From: Felis catus
Taxonomy: Eukaryota
NCBI RefSeq assembly: GCF_018350175.1
Contig: NC_058368.1
Coordinates: 170,688,001-170,752,000 of the forward strand
DNA: 64,000 nucleotides
Direction of reading: 5' to 3'
Part shown: piece by piece, positions 27,617 to 40,139 of the stretch
How the letters are laid out: every line of letters starts with the position of its first letter
Numbering within the stretch: position 1 is the stretch's first letter
Program-made: the position numbers and the translations under genes
The notes under the pieces: generated by a model
The model's input: only the letters and a program-made list of their open reading frames with translations
Told to the model about the DNA's origin: nothing
Database searches by the model: none

Positions 27617-28427
27617 TTACTCAGAGAGATAACTCATGTCATTTACCTGAAATTAGTCCAGCTTGCACTCTAAATTGCCTTTGAAACAAATTTAGTCGTA
27701 GGCTTGAATTGATTATATGTAGTGACTTGAGAAATCAGGGTAGAATAATGGATACTACTGGGAAAGACAAGGGAGGCCAGGCTAGGCTTCAGAGGGACCT
27801 GGGTTCCCCGCCCAGTAACTGTGGTTCAATATGACACACCCTGACTGAGCCACTTGGTAGCATGAGCTCTGTCACCATAGCAACACTGGGACCTCTTCTG
27901 CAGATCTTAGCTGTAGCTGTATCTGCCAATCAGCTCCGGCCCTGAGCCATCGAATCCATTTGTGATGAAGCCAGATGCTACATAGTGAAGGATGCACAAA
28001 CTGAGCACAAATGAGCCAGAGAAAGGGAGGAAGTAAAATTTTCTCTGAAAGTGATTTTTCCTTTCGTATAATAGAAATAATTAATAGTTATAGAATAACA
28101 ACTGTTCTACTTTGTGTCAAAGCACAATTGATTTGGCAAATCCCCGTTCCCACTGCTAATCAATTGCTTATCTTTAAGAGCTCCTGAAGAACTTTATTTG
28201 TTACACTGCAAGTATAGAGCTCACTACTATTGTATTTTGTTTGCAGTGCCCTTGCAAACATGTGCATATGTGTGTATGTGTATTGGGTGTTTGAGTTTGT
28301 GTGTGTTCTCCAAGAGATTCTTAGTGCCCTGAGGACAAGAATTATGTGGTATTTATGCTTGTGTCTTTTGTACCTACCACTATGTCTGACACTTGGTTAG
28401 GTACTCCATAAATGCTATTTGAATTGT

Positions 28428-28447
28428 TTTTTTTTTTAAGTTTATTT

Positions 28448-28486
<39 letters not shown>

Positions 28487-28662
28487 GTGTGTGTGTTTGT
28501 CTGTGTGTGTGAGTGGGGGAGGGGCAGAGAGAGAGAATCCCAAGCACTCTGTGCTGTCAGCGCAAAGCCCCATGTGGGGCTAGATCCCACAAACCATGAG
28601 ATCATGACCTGAGCTAAAATCAAGAGTTGGATGCTTAACTGACTGAGCCACCCAGGCTCTCC
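28428..28662 (-). mobile_element. CAN-SINE inserted in an L2 3' end
   Basis: Full-length; TSD ctatttgaa(t/c)tgtt; left flank 'tacctaccactatgtctgacacttggttaggtactccataaatg' is L2 terminal sequence. Confidence 0.96.
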
Positions 28663-30840
28663 ACTATTTGAACTGTTGAATGTAATTAGGAATGGTTATG
28701 TTTAATGAATGATAGAGCCACTCCTGACTAAATGTAATTGGTGACTGAACTGGAGGTGGTCATACAGGAGAGTGTTACAGAGCAAGTATTACTGAGGTCA
28801 GATAGTAATGAAAAAGAATTGTCAATTTTATATATGCAGTTTGTAAACAAAAACATGAGAAGGCAATTTTCATAAAGAGCACAAGAACTCTCTCAGAATG
28901 TGTGTTTTCATTTATTTGATTGTGGTTTACTAATGGAATAAGAACATTCCCCAGACATCACAGTAAGGAGGCGCATTTTGAGACACAGCAAGCTTTTAAG
29001 TGATTCTTCTGATAGGTTATCAGGTAATAGCAATAACCTCTTAGTTTTAAAAATCAGCTCCAGTAAATTACAGGCTTGATATGGAGAAGCATTCTGAAGT
29101 TACTGGACAAGCATTATTGTACCTTAAAAGGCAGAAAAAACCTCAATAGTTCAAATTCTTTTCCTGGTTTTTGAGACCCAAAATAAGTCTGCCGGTTATA
29201 TAACCTAGTTATTAGCCAGGTTTTAAGACACCTACCAAAGGTCTTGTCTTTAATGCCCATGCTTCTTCCCCTCCATCATGCTGCCTTATTATAATTAAAA
29301 TATATGCAGATGATCAATAACTTGACAAAGGAAATGAACACCCTAAAATTCTAAATACGGTTATTTGTATAGGAAAGCCAACTGTTCTGTTAAAAATCTA
29401 GGCTGACTGACCTAGATCTCCAAACTGAGAGGTTTGCCGAGACACGTGCAGCCGTGGAAATCTCTGAGATGTGGGTTATTTAAACAGATGGTAACTGTGA
29501 CACAGTGAGCTCTACATGTAAATTGGCAGAGACCAAAACCAGAAAGGAAGCAAGTTAGAGAGGAAACATTACCTCACTGTAGACTTCTGAGAATTTTAAT
29601 TAAAACAGAACAAAATTCAGAGTGCTTGGATGTACTTCTTCAGAATATTAATTGAATATCAGTATTGGTTGTATTGTTGCTATGATACCAATAGTTGGCA
29701 GGACTGGAGAGTTTTTGGAATCTTCTTTAGACTTTATGAAGTTTCTGAATGTGATGTAGCCCTGCCATTTATATACACTCAAATAAGATCTGGAGGGAGA
29801 AAGTAAAGTGGGGGCAGTGTTTCTGCTGTGTTGTTGATGTCGGCAAGTTAAGTTGTAGAGAAATTTTGTTTGTCCGTAACTGCATTCTGTGGCCAAGGCG
29901 CTAGTTTGATTGATGAGAAGAGACATTTAAGGCAGATGCATCGATAACTTCCAGATCCACAGGTTTAGGATTCCAAAAATTCCCAGTGGTGACATGGGGA
30001 CAGTTCTGTGCTCTTTTCTGAGATTCCCTACCGGTGGCCTAGCCTAAAGCCTGCTAGTCCAGTTCTGCCAATAATTTTGCAAACTTCTACTTTGCTATAT
30101 TGGCTTTTTAGCTTAAAAGAGCTGGAATAATTTTTCTTTCCTGCATTCCAAACCTAGCTGATACAGTACATATAGCAAAATATTGCTATTTCCTGCTACA
30201 TTCCATCCCCCAGATCTGTGGTAAGTCTTTCATAAGCCCTGTTTCCATGCTGAATTGTAATGCACACATCTTTACTTTATTTATCTTTCTCTGTAAGGAA
30301 GAAGAGAATAACATTTAAGGAGAAAGAGGTTAAGCTTCTTCATTAAATAACTAAGAGACCATTTTGGAACATGAGATTATCAAGAGTAATAAAGATAAAA
30401 CACTTTGTCTGAGAAGTCAAGTTTATAGGGTTTAAAGTCATGTTTACAACTTACATAAATCCAGAATAGAAGATGAAAGAATGGATGCTTCTCACAAAGA
30501 GCTGCTTTCTAAAATTGACAAGAAATTTCCTGAAATTAGGGTAATGAAACCCAGATTTATTGCATTTTTTCTTCATTGCATGAGACAGAGAGAGAGTCAA
30601 GGGACAAAGCAAATACAGGACTTTTGGCTCATACCATTAGATGGCTCTGATAGAAAGATGCATAATCAAGTTCATGCATGATTATTTTATCTGACATTTA
30701 AAAATGCAAGTGTGTGATTAACTCCCTAATGTTATTTTGCTTTTGAAAACATGAGACCTAATGTGAAAATTGAGAAAGTTCCAACTTGAAAACAAAGAAG
30801 ACTGATATTCCCATTAACTACTAGTAATTAACTACTGATT

Positions 30841-31032
30841 AATATATATATATATACATGTATACACATATATATTATATATATACACATATATACACAC
30901 ATATATATACACACATACATATATATACACACATATATGCACATATATACACACATATATACACACATATATATACACATATATATACACATATATACAC
31001 ATATATATTATATATATACACATATATGTATA

Positions 31033-31090
<58 letters not shown>
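30841..31090. repeat. Complex (TA)/(CA)/(TG) microsatellite with ~12-bp ATATATACACAC units
   Basis: Directly visible. Confidence 0.97.
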
Positions 31091-31094
<4 letters not shown>

Positions 31095-31464
31095 CTTTGG
31101 GCCAGTTTTTCTAGGTATATAGTACTTGAAAAAATATCAGTAATGTAAGAGTATATTTCCCACTCCAGAAGTAGAACTTTATGAGTGATTAGGTTAAATC
31201 ACATTTTTCTATGACCCCTAATTCTGATTTTCTTACCTCCACCTGGCCTGAATTAATTTCTATAATTAGCTTTGTGTGTTTCCTTTCAGTGCATTTTAAA
31301 AATTTTGATCTGCATGTGTATATGTAGCTACAAAAATATGGGTTACAATTTTATGTGAGTTCTTTTTATATGAGTAGGTTCATACTGTATGTATATTTTT
31401 ACAACATACTTTTTTTCTTCAACAATATGCTTTTGAGATCTATCCTTATATTTGCATATAGATC

Positions 31465-32104
31465 TACCGTGTTTGACTCATCAATATTTTTATATCACTA
31501 GGACAGAAAAAAACATTGCCAGTTAAACTGATCTTCTTACTGAAAGAGCTCTTTCAGACTTAGTAGATGTAGATTTTTATCACTTATTACTCTGTGTATA
31601 TAGAAAGGAAAATACAAGAAAAATTTACAAGATATTCCTAACACCTCTTCACATTCAGAGTTAAGTTCTTGAAACACTGCTTGACTCAGTTACTAATGCT
31701 TATGTTTTTCTAAACAGTATTATCCTTTGTGCTATTCAAAGTATTTCTGAAAGAGCACTTCTTTAAAGAATGCTCTATTATTATCTCCAATATTTTTTTC
31801 CAAGTCACTGATACCCATTGTGTCAGTTTTGGTGTTGGCACTTTCTTGATCTGTCCAGAAGGTGGATAACAATCAAGATTCACACTCAGTCTTCAGGCAA
31901 TTCTTAAGTGGTTTGTTGAGCACAGTATTACAGGATTGTAATTGTCCAGGTGTGCCATCACGGATAACAGTCATTTTTTTCCATGCTTAGTCAATAGCAT
32001 CCAAAGCATGGCTACTACCTGAAGAACAGAAATTTATGAAGCAACCCCATTTCATATAGTAAAATGTAGAAAATAGTACAGCTTGGAATTGGTGAAATGC
32101 AGTA
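31465..32104 (-). mobile_element. TcMar-Tigger (pogo) internally deleted element with transposase remnant, inserted in L1M
   Basis: Termini taccgtgttt... / ...gaaatgcagta; minus-strand translation of ~31720-31975 gives VIRDGTPGQLQSCNTVLNKPLKNCLKTECES*, then SGQIKKVPTPKLTQWVSVTWKKILEIIIEHSLKKC after a frameshift (pogo DDE C-terminal pattern). Confidence 0.88.
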
Positions 32105-32547
32105 GTTCATCTCTTAAACTACTATATAGTGTTCCATTTATTTTATTTTTATATAGTATTCCACTTAATATAATCTACTTGAACGATCTGTTCCTATACT
32201 ACTGAGCATTAAGGTTGTTTCCTTTTTTTGCTGTTCTGTTTCACTTGGAAAGTATTTTTATTTTTGTGATTTGCATCATGATGGTTAACATGTAATTTGT
32301 GAGGCTTTCATAAAATAAGTATGATATTTCACATATAGTTAAGCTTTAGTATGTAATTAATTAAACTAATAATAAGGTAACAATTAAGTGAAATTGTAGT
32401 CTCCCCTCTTTAAACCTATTATTATCACAGTCAGCTATTTAAATGATGCACTTCATATCTCACTTATAACTTTGTAAGCCAGATGATTTTCAGCATTTAC
32501 ATAACATGACTGTAGGCAAGAAACATTTCATATTTGGCATTGACATA

Positions 32548-32555
32548 TTTTTATT

Positions 32556-32598
<43 letters not shown>

Positions 32599-32822
32599 TT
32601 TTCTTTTTCTAATTTTTTTTAACATTTATTCATTTTTGAGAGACAGAGAGACAGAGCATGAGCAGGGGAGGGGGAGAGAGAGAGGGAGACACAGAATCTG
32701 AAGAGGCTCCAGGCTCTGAGCTGTCAGCACAGAGCCCGACGTGGGGCTCGAATTCACAGACTGTGAGATCATGACCTGAGCTGAAGTCAGATGCTTAACT
32801 GACTGAGCCACCCAGGCGCCCC
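32548..32822 (-). mobile_element. CAN-SINE with (TTTA)n tail (left unit of tandem pair)
   Basis: Full-length, ends cacccaggcgcccc. Confidence 0.97.
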
Positions 32823-33023
32823 TAATGTTTATTTATTTTTGAGAGAGAGAGACAGAGTGAGAGCAGGGGAGGGTTGGAGAGAGAGGGAGACACAGAATCT
32901 GAAGAGGCTTCAGGCTCTGAGCTGTCAGCACAGAGCCAGACTTGGGGCTTGAACTCACAAACCATGAGGTTATGACCTGAGCCAAAGTCAGATGCTTAAC
33001 TGACTGAGCCACCCCGGGGTCCC
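32823..33023 (-). mobile_element. CAN-SINE (right unit of tandem pair)
   Basis: Full-length; outer TSD ttgacat(a/g)tttt flanks the pair. Confidence 0.97.
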
Positions 33024-33449
33024 TTTGACATGTTTTTTAAGTTATATATACTGTAACCGTAGATTTGTCAAATAAACATTAACATACCCAGTAGTATGAG
33101 AAATATAAAGATGCACTAATGAGAAACTAAAAAGTCATCTAGTCTCCCCAGCTTAGTCCTTGCTTGGAATCTTCCTGCATCTCATTTGTTACTTCAGATT
33201 TTGGCTCTCCCAACCTGGAAGGCCTGCATGTGCAGATTCTGTACCGGGTGGACAGAAGCTAGATCTGGGCGGAAGCATGTCGTCAAGTAGTTCCTCATAC
33301 CCACCTTGCATCCCCGTTCCATGAGGATGCCTAGTTTAGGCCTGCATGGGCTTCCTCCCTGAAGTGCTGTGGGAAGAAAACTGTTTAGGTTTAAATGGTC
33401 CCAAGGCAGGAAGAGACACCGAGGACAGTAATTCTTCTTCCTGATGGTT

Positions 33450-33487
33450 TTTTGTTTGTTTGTTTGTTTGTTTGTTTGTTTGTTTTT
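33450..33487. repeat. (TTTG)n microsatellite
   Basis: Directly visible. Confidence 0.95.
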
Positions 33488-34344
33488 TGCTAATTTGGGA
33501 GTTAAACATACTAGTGATCTGGATGGAAAATAAACAATAGTGTAGTCAGATTTCTGTTGCCCACCTAATTTATATTTTTCTCTTGTTCCTGATTTCTCTA
33601 CTTTTTTTTAAGCTATGAAAAAGAGATTTCCCTTCAAAATTACTACAAACTCACTTTCTCAAAATTGCCTGTCTAACTCTATGTCAGTAGACTCTATATC
33701 TGTCATATGTTATAAGCTTGGTTATGTTGGATGATTTATAATTTGTTAACATTTCATGCACGGTACATATGGAATGTCTGTCACTAAAATAAGAGCTATA
33801 TCACATACTGTTCTTTTGGCTGGAGCATAAAAATAAAACCCTAATCCAAGGAACTGAAACAAATGAAAATTGTCTTAAAATGATCATGGTACATCAGAAG
33901 GAAAAAAAATACTGTATTATGAAGAATATTCAGAAGAAATATACTCATGCACAGCTTATATACAATTTGGGAAATGAAATACATCCACACACACACACCT
34001 GAGATATCCATGTATCTCTATACATCTCTATAATGACGGTTAAATTTGTACTTTTCTTAGTCTCTGATGTGCCTACACAATTCACAGGTTGCCAAAGTGA
34101 TTTTCATGACTAACAGAATGCTTCATTTACTAACTTACCTCACTAACTTAATTGTTCAATAACGTAATGTGTCATGTGCCGTTGGCAAGATGATGCCCAT
34201 TAGCTTTTCTAAAACATCTTCCATAAACACACTTAAAATGCTGCCAAAATTGAGGTTCCTGTGCATATTGATGTCACATACTGTGCTACAATCATGGCTC
34301 AGTGGATGCAGTTTTTTAGTGCATTCAAAATTCATGCTTTTTCC

Positions 34345-34576
34345 TTAAAAAAATTTTTTTTTAATGTTTATTCTTGAGAGAGAGACAGAGACAGAGTGTG
34401 AGTGGGGGAGGGTCAGAGAGAGAGGGAGACACAAAATCTGAAGCAGGTTCCAGGCTCTCAGCTATCAGCACAGAGCCCGACGTGGGGCTTGAACCCCCAA
34501 ACTGAGCCAGTCAGACACTTGACCCATGACCTGAGCCAAAGTCAGACGCTTAACCGACTGAGCCACCCAGGCGCCC
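34345..34576 (-). mobile_element. CAN-SINE with internal duplication
   Basis: TSD tcatgctttttc; 'ctgagcc(aa)agtcagac(a/g)ctt(g/a)acc' occurs twice. Confidence 0.96.
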
Positions 34577-35164
34577 CTCATGCTTTTTCAAGTACATAGT
34601 TCCTCATATCTTTCCTGTTTTTTTTTTTTTTTTCATGAATGCAGTCGAACTCTGTTGTACTCTTAGAATAAAGTGGCACATTCGTCTATTTTTTGTAGTA
34701 GTCCCCCTAATGATGGGTTTATGTTCCTTGTCAAGGCTATTATGGTCAAATGACAAAATTAGTATTTTTCATCAGCAGATAGATCTCTGCTCTGTCATTG
34801 TGTAGGTGCCCCTGTGACAGCAGGACAGTCTTTGGGGGAATTGCCATAGGCATTTACATGTGGTCATACATTTTTCTGATAAAGTAAACCCATGATAAGA
34901 GTTTCATAGTCTGTTGAGGAAGATGCTTCATCACTCTTAGACTGACTGTTAGCAGCATTGCTATGATGCTGCCATCGACTGAACTTGGGATAAATGAAAC
35001 ATCAGCCAGAATCTATCACAGGCTGGGTTGATATGTGACCAAAATACTAAGGATATGATATCAAGCTGGGGACACACTCCTGTAAGGAAAAATAGAGGTA
35101 TGCAAAATGTAATGAAATCCATATTCCAGTATTGATTATGACATCTAAGAGTCAGAGGGTGCTA

Positions 35165-35330
35165 GGTTCTGTACGTACCAGTATATGTCATCTCATTTAA
35201 TCACCATATCAGCTCTTTTCAGGTAATTCTTAGCATTTTCTCATTACAACGATGAAAAAAATGGAACTCGGAGAGGATAAAACATGGGTCCAGTATCACA
35301 TAGCTGTGTCATTTAGCATCTGAAATACCA
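35165..35330 (-). mobile_element. MIR fragment
   Basis: 'tcatctcatttaatcaccata...gatgaaaaaaatggaactcggagaggataa...atcacatagct'. Confidence 0.7.
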
Positions 35331-35684
35331 GATAGAGAGCTTTTACTTGATGATATATAGTTGACAAATAGTATTTATATGATGTGTCTATATTATAGGA
35401 ATACTAAATATAAAAATAAATTAGTATAACAGTTGTGAAAATTGATATAGTATGATTTTATATGTGACATATCAGATTTTACATACATTATTCCATTCAA
35501 CAACGTTTTGTGGCCATTATAAATGATACTCAGAAGTTTGCCCAAAATCACATGTTTATGAAGTTTCAAAGCCAGGACTCAAACCCTAGTTCCTTGGGAC
35601 TCAAATTGCATGCTATTTGCTATGTACCTAACAGTGATCTAAAACTTCATTTTATGAAGACGACTTTTTGCTAGAAAAAAAGTC

Positions 35685-35716
35685 TTTGCTAGTTTGCTAG
35701 TTTGCTAGTTTGCTAG
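35685..35716. repeat. (TTTGCTAG)x4 tandem repeat
   Basis: Directly visible. Confidence 0.9.
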
Positions 35717-36089
35717 AAAACTAGAATTTAATCGAATCCTATTAGGTGCTTGTGAATTGATGCACATTAGAAAAGAAAACCAGAGAAGTGCTACTGAAAT
35801 TCACTTCTTGATTCCTTAATAGTTGGGCGTCTTTGAAGTTGAAGTTTCCAGTGTTTTGGGACGTGTTCATCCCTTCCTGATGCTTAGCATGCTCTCTTTC
35901 TGTCTCTGTCTCTCTCTCCCTCTCTTTTTCCTCAGTAAAAGCACTTAGCCTTTATGTGTGTTTCTGAGACTTCTTTAGAAGTCACGGGTAATCAAATTCC
36001 ATGACCTCTTCAACCTCTTGGTTAAGATAGGCCTCACTGAACCTTCTTTGACTTCTATTATTTTTTATTTTTTTAATGTTTATTTATTT

Positions 36090-36329
36090 ATTTTTATTAT
36101 TTATTTATTTATTTTATTTTTTTATTTTTATTTTTTTTATTTTTGGGACAGAGAGAGACAGAGCATGAACGGGGGAGGGGCAGAGAGAGAGGGAGACACA
36201 GAATCGGAAACAGGCTCCAGGCTCTGAGCCATCAGCCCAGAGCCCGACGCGGGGCTCGAACTCACGGACCGCGAGATCGTGACCTGGCTGAAGTCGGACG
36301 CTTAACCGACTGCGCCACCCAGGCGCCCC
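36090..36329 (-). mobile_element. Very young SINEC_Fc nested in the tail of an older SINE
   Basis: CpGs intact; TSD taatgtttatttattt at 36074 and 36330. Confidence 0.97.
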
Positions 36330-36519
36330 TAATGTTTATTTATTTTTGAGAGAGAAAGTGGGGGAGAGGGACAGAGAGAGAGGGAGACACAGATCTGAAG
36401 CAGGCTCCCGGCTCAGAGCTGTCAGCACAGGGCCCGATGTGGGGCTCAAACCCATGAACTGTGAGATCATGACCTGAGCCAAAGTCGGACCCTTAACTGA
36501 CTGAGCTCCCAGGCATCCC
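36330..36519 (-). mobile_element. Older CAN-SINE (host; its tail continues at ~36056-36089)
   Basis: Outer TSD aaccttctttgactt at 36040 and 36520. Confidence 0.96.
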
Positions 36520-37269
36520 AACCTTCTTTGACTTTTAAATTATGTCAGACTCCTAGAGGTCCCTTCAGACAGAAGACCACTGCACTTTTCCTCTCTCCTA
36601 GTGTAAACAAGTCACTAGGAAGAAACCTGAATATTGCTCAGAGTAGACACATCATGCTAAAGGGAGAGGAGGCATGAATCAAGCCAGGTGAGACAGGTTA
36701 GGAACAAAGTCCCAGAAAAAGTTGGTGTAGAATTGAGTGATTATGTATAGTTAGAATTTAGAAGAAGTCAACAAAAAGTTTTGGTTAATACTTAAATACA
36801 AGATGCAACTTTCATACTTATAGTTGATATGAAATCTCGAATAATTCAGGTTTCATTTATTTTGCTTTGAATTTTAATACTGTTGATGGTGATGGAAGGA
36901 ATTATTAGATCTAAAGAAAAGTTACATTTCAAACGTGTAATATTTACAGTGGCAATCATATTGTTTTGACAAAATGTCAGAATATACTCACATTCTATTT
37001 TGTACTTTAACACTTTAAAAAGTGATGAAAGGATTAGATGATTATATAATAGCCTGTCTTTCAGATATCTGTACCATTTACTGACTGTTAGAGATGACTT
37101 AATGTTCAAAAAGTGGCCATCTCATATAAAAAGCAAATTAAAAATTGCATTTTAATCTTTTTGAAAAAAAATCCACAGATATAGAAAAATGGAAAATTAC
37201 CAACACTCAGGAGCTTTTTTTTTTTTTTGCAACAATACACATAGGATTTTTACTCATAATATCCAAACT

Positions 37270-37670
37270 TTGAATTAACCAGTAGTTCATTAACAAGAGA
37301 ATAACTTTTACAAATGAAGTATATTCATTCAATGAATTTCTATACAGCAGCACAAAAACAATGAGTAACTGATAAAGACAGCATCTTCCACATTCAAAAA
37401 TAATATGGTAAGCAAAAAAAGCCAATCTCATTAGGTACCTATTCTAAGATTCTATTTATATGAGGCTCTAGAAAAGGAAAAGACTATATTTATGAAAATG
37501 GAAAAAGCAGTTGGATATAGGGGTGTGGGCTGACTGGGTAGTGGCAGGGGGAGACATTTTGATTGATAGAAATGTTGTATATTTGATTAGGTGGCAGTTA
37601 ATGAATGAGTATAATTTTTAAAATTCATCAATATATAATTAAGATATGTGCCTTTTACTGTATATAAATT
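37270..37670 (+). mobile_element. Old L1ME-type 3' end
   Basis: 'gtatattcattcaatgaatttctatacagcag', 'gattctatttatatgaggctctagaaaagg', 'gatagaaatgttgtatatttgatt'. Confidence 0.8.
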
Positions 37671-37702
37671 TGCTTTGTTTTTTTTCTGTGACTTTTCCTT
37701 TT

Positions 37703-37926
37703 CTTTTTTTTTTTTTTAATTTTTAATGTTTATTTATTTTTGAAGGAGTGAGAGACAGCATGAGCAGGGGAGGAGCAGAGAGAGAGGGAGACACAGAATC
37801 CAAGGCAGACTCCAGGCTCCAAGCTGTCAGCACAGAGGCTGATGCAAGGCTTGAACCCACAAACCATGAGATCATGACCTGAGCCTGAAGTCAGACATTC
37901 AACCGACTGAGCCACCCAGGCATCCC
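37703..37926 (-). mobile_element. CAN-SINE
   Basis: Full-length antisense copy. Confidence 0.96.
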
Positions 37927-37932
37927 TCTGTT

Positions 37933-38358
37933 CTTTTTTTATTTAAATCCAAGTTAGTTAACATATAGTGTAATAATGGTTTCAGGAGTAGAATTTAGTG
38001 ATTCATCACTTACATATAACACCTGGTGCCCATACCAAACGTGCCTTTGTTAGTGGCCATCATTCATTTAGCCCATTCCCTCACCAACCTCTCCTCCAGC
38101 AACCCCCAGTTTGTTCTGTGTAGTTAAGAATCTCCTATGGTTTGCCTCCCTCTCTGTTTTTATCTTCTTTTTCTTTCCTTTCCCTATGTTCATCTGTTTT
38201 GTTTGTTAAAATCCACACCTGAGTGAAATCGTATGATATTTCTCTCTCTCTGACGGACTTATTTCACTTAGCATAGTACTGTAGTTCCATCTGGGTTGTT
38301 GCAAATGGCAAGACTTCATTATTTTTGATTGCCAAGTAATATTCCATTATATACATAT
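37933..38358 (-). mobile_element. Felid/carnivore L1 3' UTR fragment
   Basis: 'aagttagttaacatatagtgtaataatggtttcaggagtagaatttagtgattcatcacttacatataacacc', homologous to the copies at 9050 and 22905. Confidence 0.93.
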
Positions 38359-38379
38359 CATGCCTTTTCCTAACCCTTC

Positions 38380-39065
38380 CTTTCTATGGTAATCAACTTC
38401 TTTGCTTTCCTTTATAGTTTTACACCAAGTACACATTCCTAAATCATATAGTTTAGTTTCTCCTGTTTCAAATTTTATGTAAATGAAATTTTGCAGTGAC
38501 TATCACTTTTTGGTCTGCTCCTTTTGCTCAAATTAAGATTTTAAGACTTATTCTTCTTTTAGTATGATTATAGCTATTTATTTTTACTGCTGTATAGTAT
38601 TCTATTTTAAAAATATACCACAGTTTATTTTTCTGTTCTGCTCATGGAAAGTTGGGTTGGCCACTACAGATAATGATGCTCTGAACATCTTGTTTTGTAA
38701 GCGGTGCAAGAGTTTCTTTAAGGTGGATAATCAGAAGTGTAACTCATGCCTATAGGGGACACGTATTTAACTTTATTAGACAACACTAAGTTTTTCCCAA
38801 AGAGATTATAGGTATTGACATACCAGTAGTATGAGAGCCTTCATTACTTCACATCTTTGCCAGACACACTGTTTTGAGACTTTGCCTCAATTATTTTAAT
38901 GTACATTTTTATGATTACTGCTGATGTTGAGCACCATCTCATATAATTATCACCTATGAAGATTTCTTCTTTCATGAAGTCTCTAGTCAGACCTTTTGTC
39001 CAGTTTTCTATTATGTTGTCTGTCCGTTTGTGTTGATTTGTGAAAATACTTTGTGTATTTTGGTG
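38380..39065 (-). mobile_element. Old L1M fragment
   Basis: 'tactgctgtatagtattctatt', 'cacatctttgccagacac', 'gatgttgagcaccatctcatat'. Confidence 0.8.
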
Positions 39066-39074
39066 ACAAGCTCT

Positions 39075-39500
39075 CTTAGTCTTCCTTTCTCTTATAGCAG
39101 AGCATGGGGTGGAGGGTTTATATGCTTTATTAGGGAGTACAGTCTCTGAGAGAAGGAGTGAGTGGCAAGGAGGGCAAGACAGAAGTGGAGGGAGAGCCAG
39201 TAGCAACACATCACTGAGTAGGCTGCAACTGCATGCAACAGACCGCTCAGTCTAAGAGGATTGTCCCACAAGCACGATGAATGCCTCTCAGGCCCTTCCA
39301 GTACGGGAGAGAGAAGGAAAGGTAGGCACTTGCCAGCTCTTGCCTTCTGTTGGTCAAAGGTCCACACAGAGGATATTAACCTCACACTTCTGGGTTGCGT
39401 GTATGTGGGTGCTGAGTGGAGTCTGTTAGTCCAGTGTCAGCAGGGAAGCCCGTGGTGTGAGACGGGAGGCTGAAACACAGTTATGAGGTGAAGTATCCAG
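39075..39500 (-). mobile_element. LTR33-like ERV-L LTR (3' LTR of provirus)
   Basis: 'gcagagcatgg...ctttattagggag', 'ttggtcaaagg', 'attaacctcacacttctgggttgcgtgtatgtg' match LTR33 antisense as recalled. Confidence 0.8.
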
Positions 39501-39951
39501 CTCTCATATAGGGTCTTTATTTTTTATGAATACAAGATGTCCTCCTCTTTTCTCCTAATCAGTCACAGTAGCCCCTTCAAGGTGGTGACCTGTCACATTC
39601 TCTAAAAGACTTAAGGCAAGAGGATTAATGAGACAAGTAATGGTCTTTCTCTATTACTGTGGAAAATCCCAAAGCTATAGTTGGCATTCACTGTAAATTT
39701 TCCTCACCATCAGTTCGAGATTTTTTCTTACTCTTGGATGACAGTGCTTCCGGTCTTGGTTGCTTGCCTGTTGGGTAGTTCTATATCTTTATCTCTGAGA
39801 GATTTGAACCATTAGATGCCTTGTTTTGCTGGCCTATAGCTGCTACATTTGCTCATTCACCATTATCACAGAGGCACTCTGAGATGTCAGTGAATCATCC
39901 CACGTTTATACTCTTCCTCACCCCCACTGTGTAGCAGAAATTCTAGTTTCT

Positions 39952-40139
39952 CTTTTTAAAAATGTTTTATTTATTTATTTTGAGAGAGACTGAGCAAGGC
40001 AGGGGCAGAGAGAGAGGGAGAGAGAGAATCCCAAGCAAGCTGCACATTGTCAGGGGCTTGATCTCATGAACCCTGAGATTATGACCTGAGCCAGCATCAA
40101 TAGTTGGACACTTAACCAACTGAGCCACCCAGGGGCCCC
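39952..40139 (-). mobile_element. CAN-SINE with short internal deletion, inside ERV-L dUTPase
   Basis: Degenerate TSD aa(t/c)tctagtt; lacks the 'gcacagagcccga' segment seen in the other copies. Confidence 0.95.

Noticed and set aside
27955..28015. Box C (GTGATGA) / box D (CTGA) pair with flanking inverted repeat, snoRNA-like
   Set aside because: Only ~32 nt between the boxes, and the stem overlaps box C; geometry not canonical.
35685..35716. Short direct repeats as CRISPR-like arrays (also 43178-43235)
   Set aside because: No spacers; mammalian DNA; simple tandem duplications.
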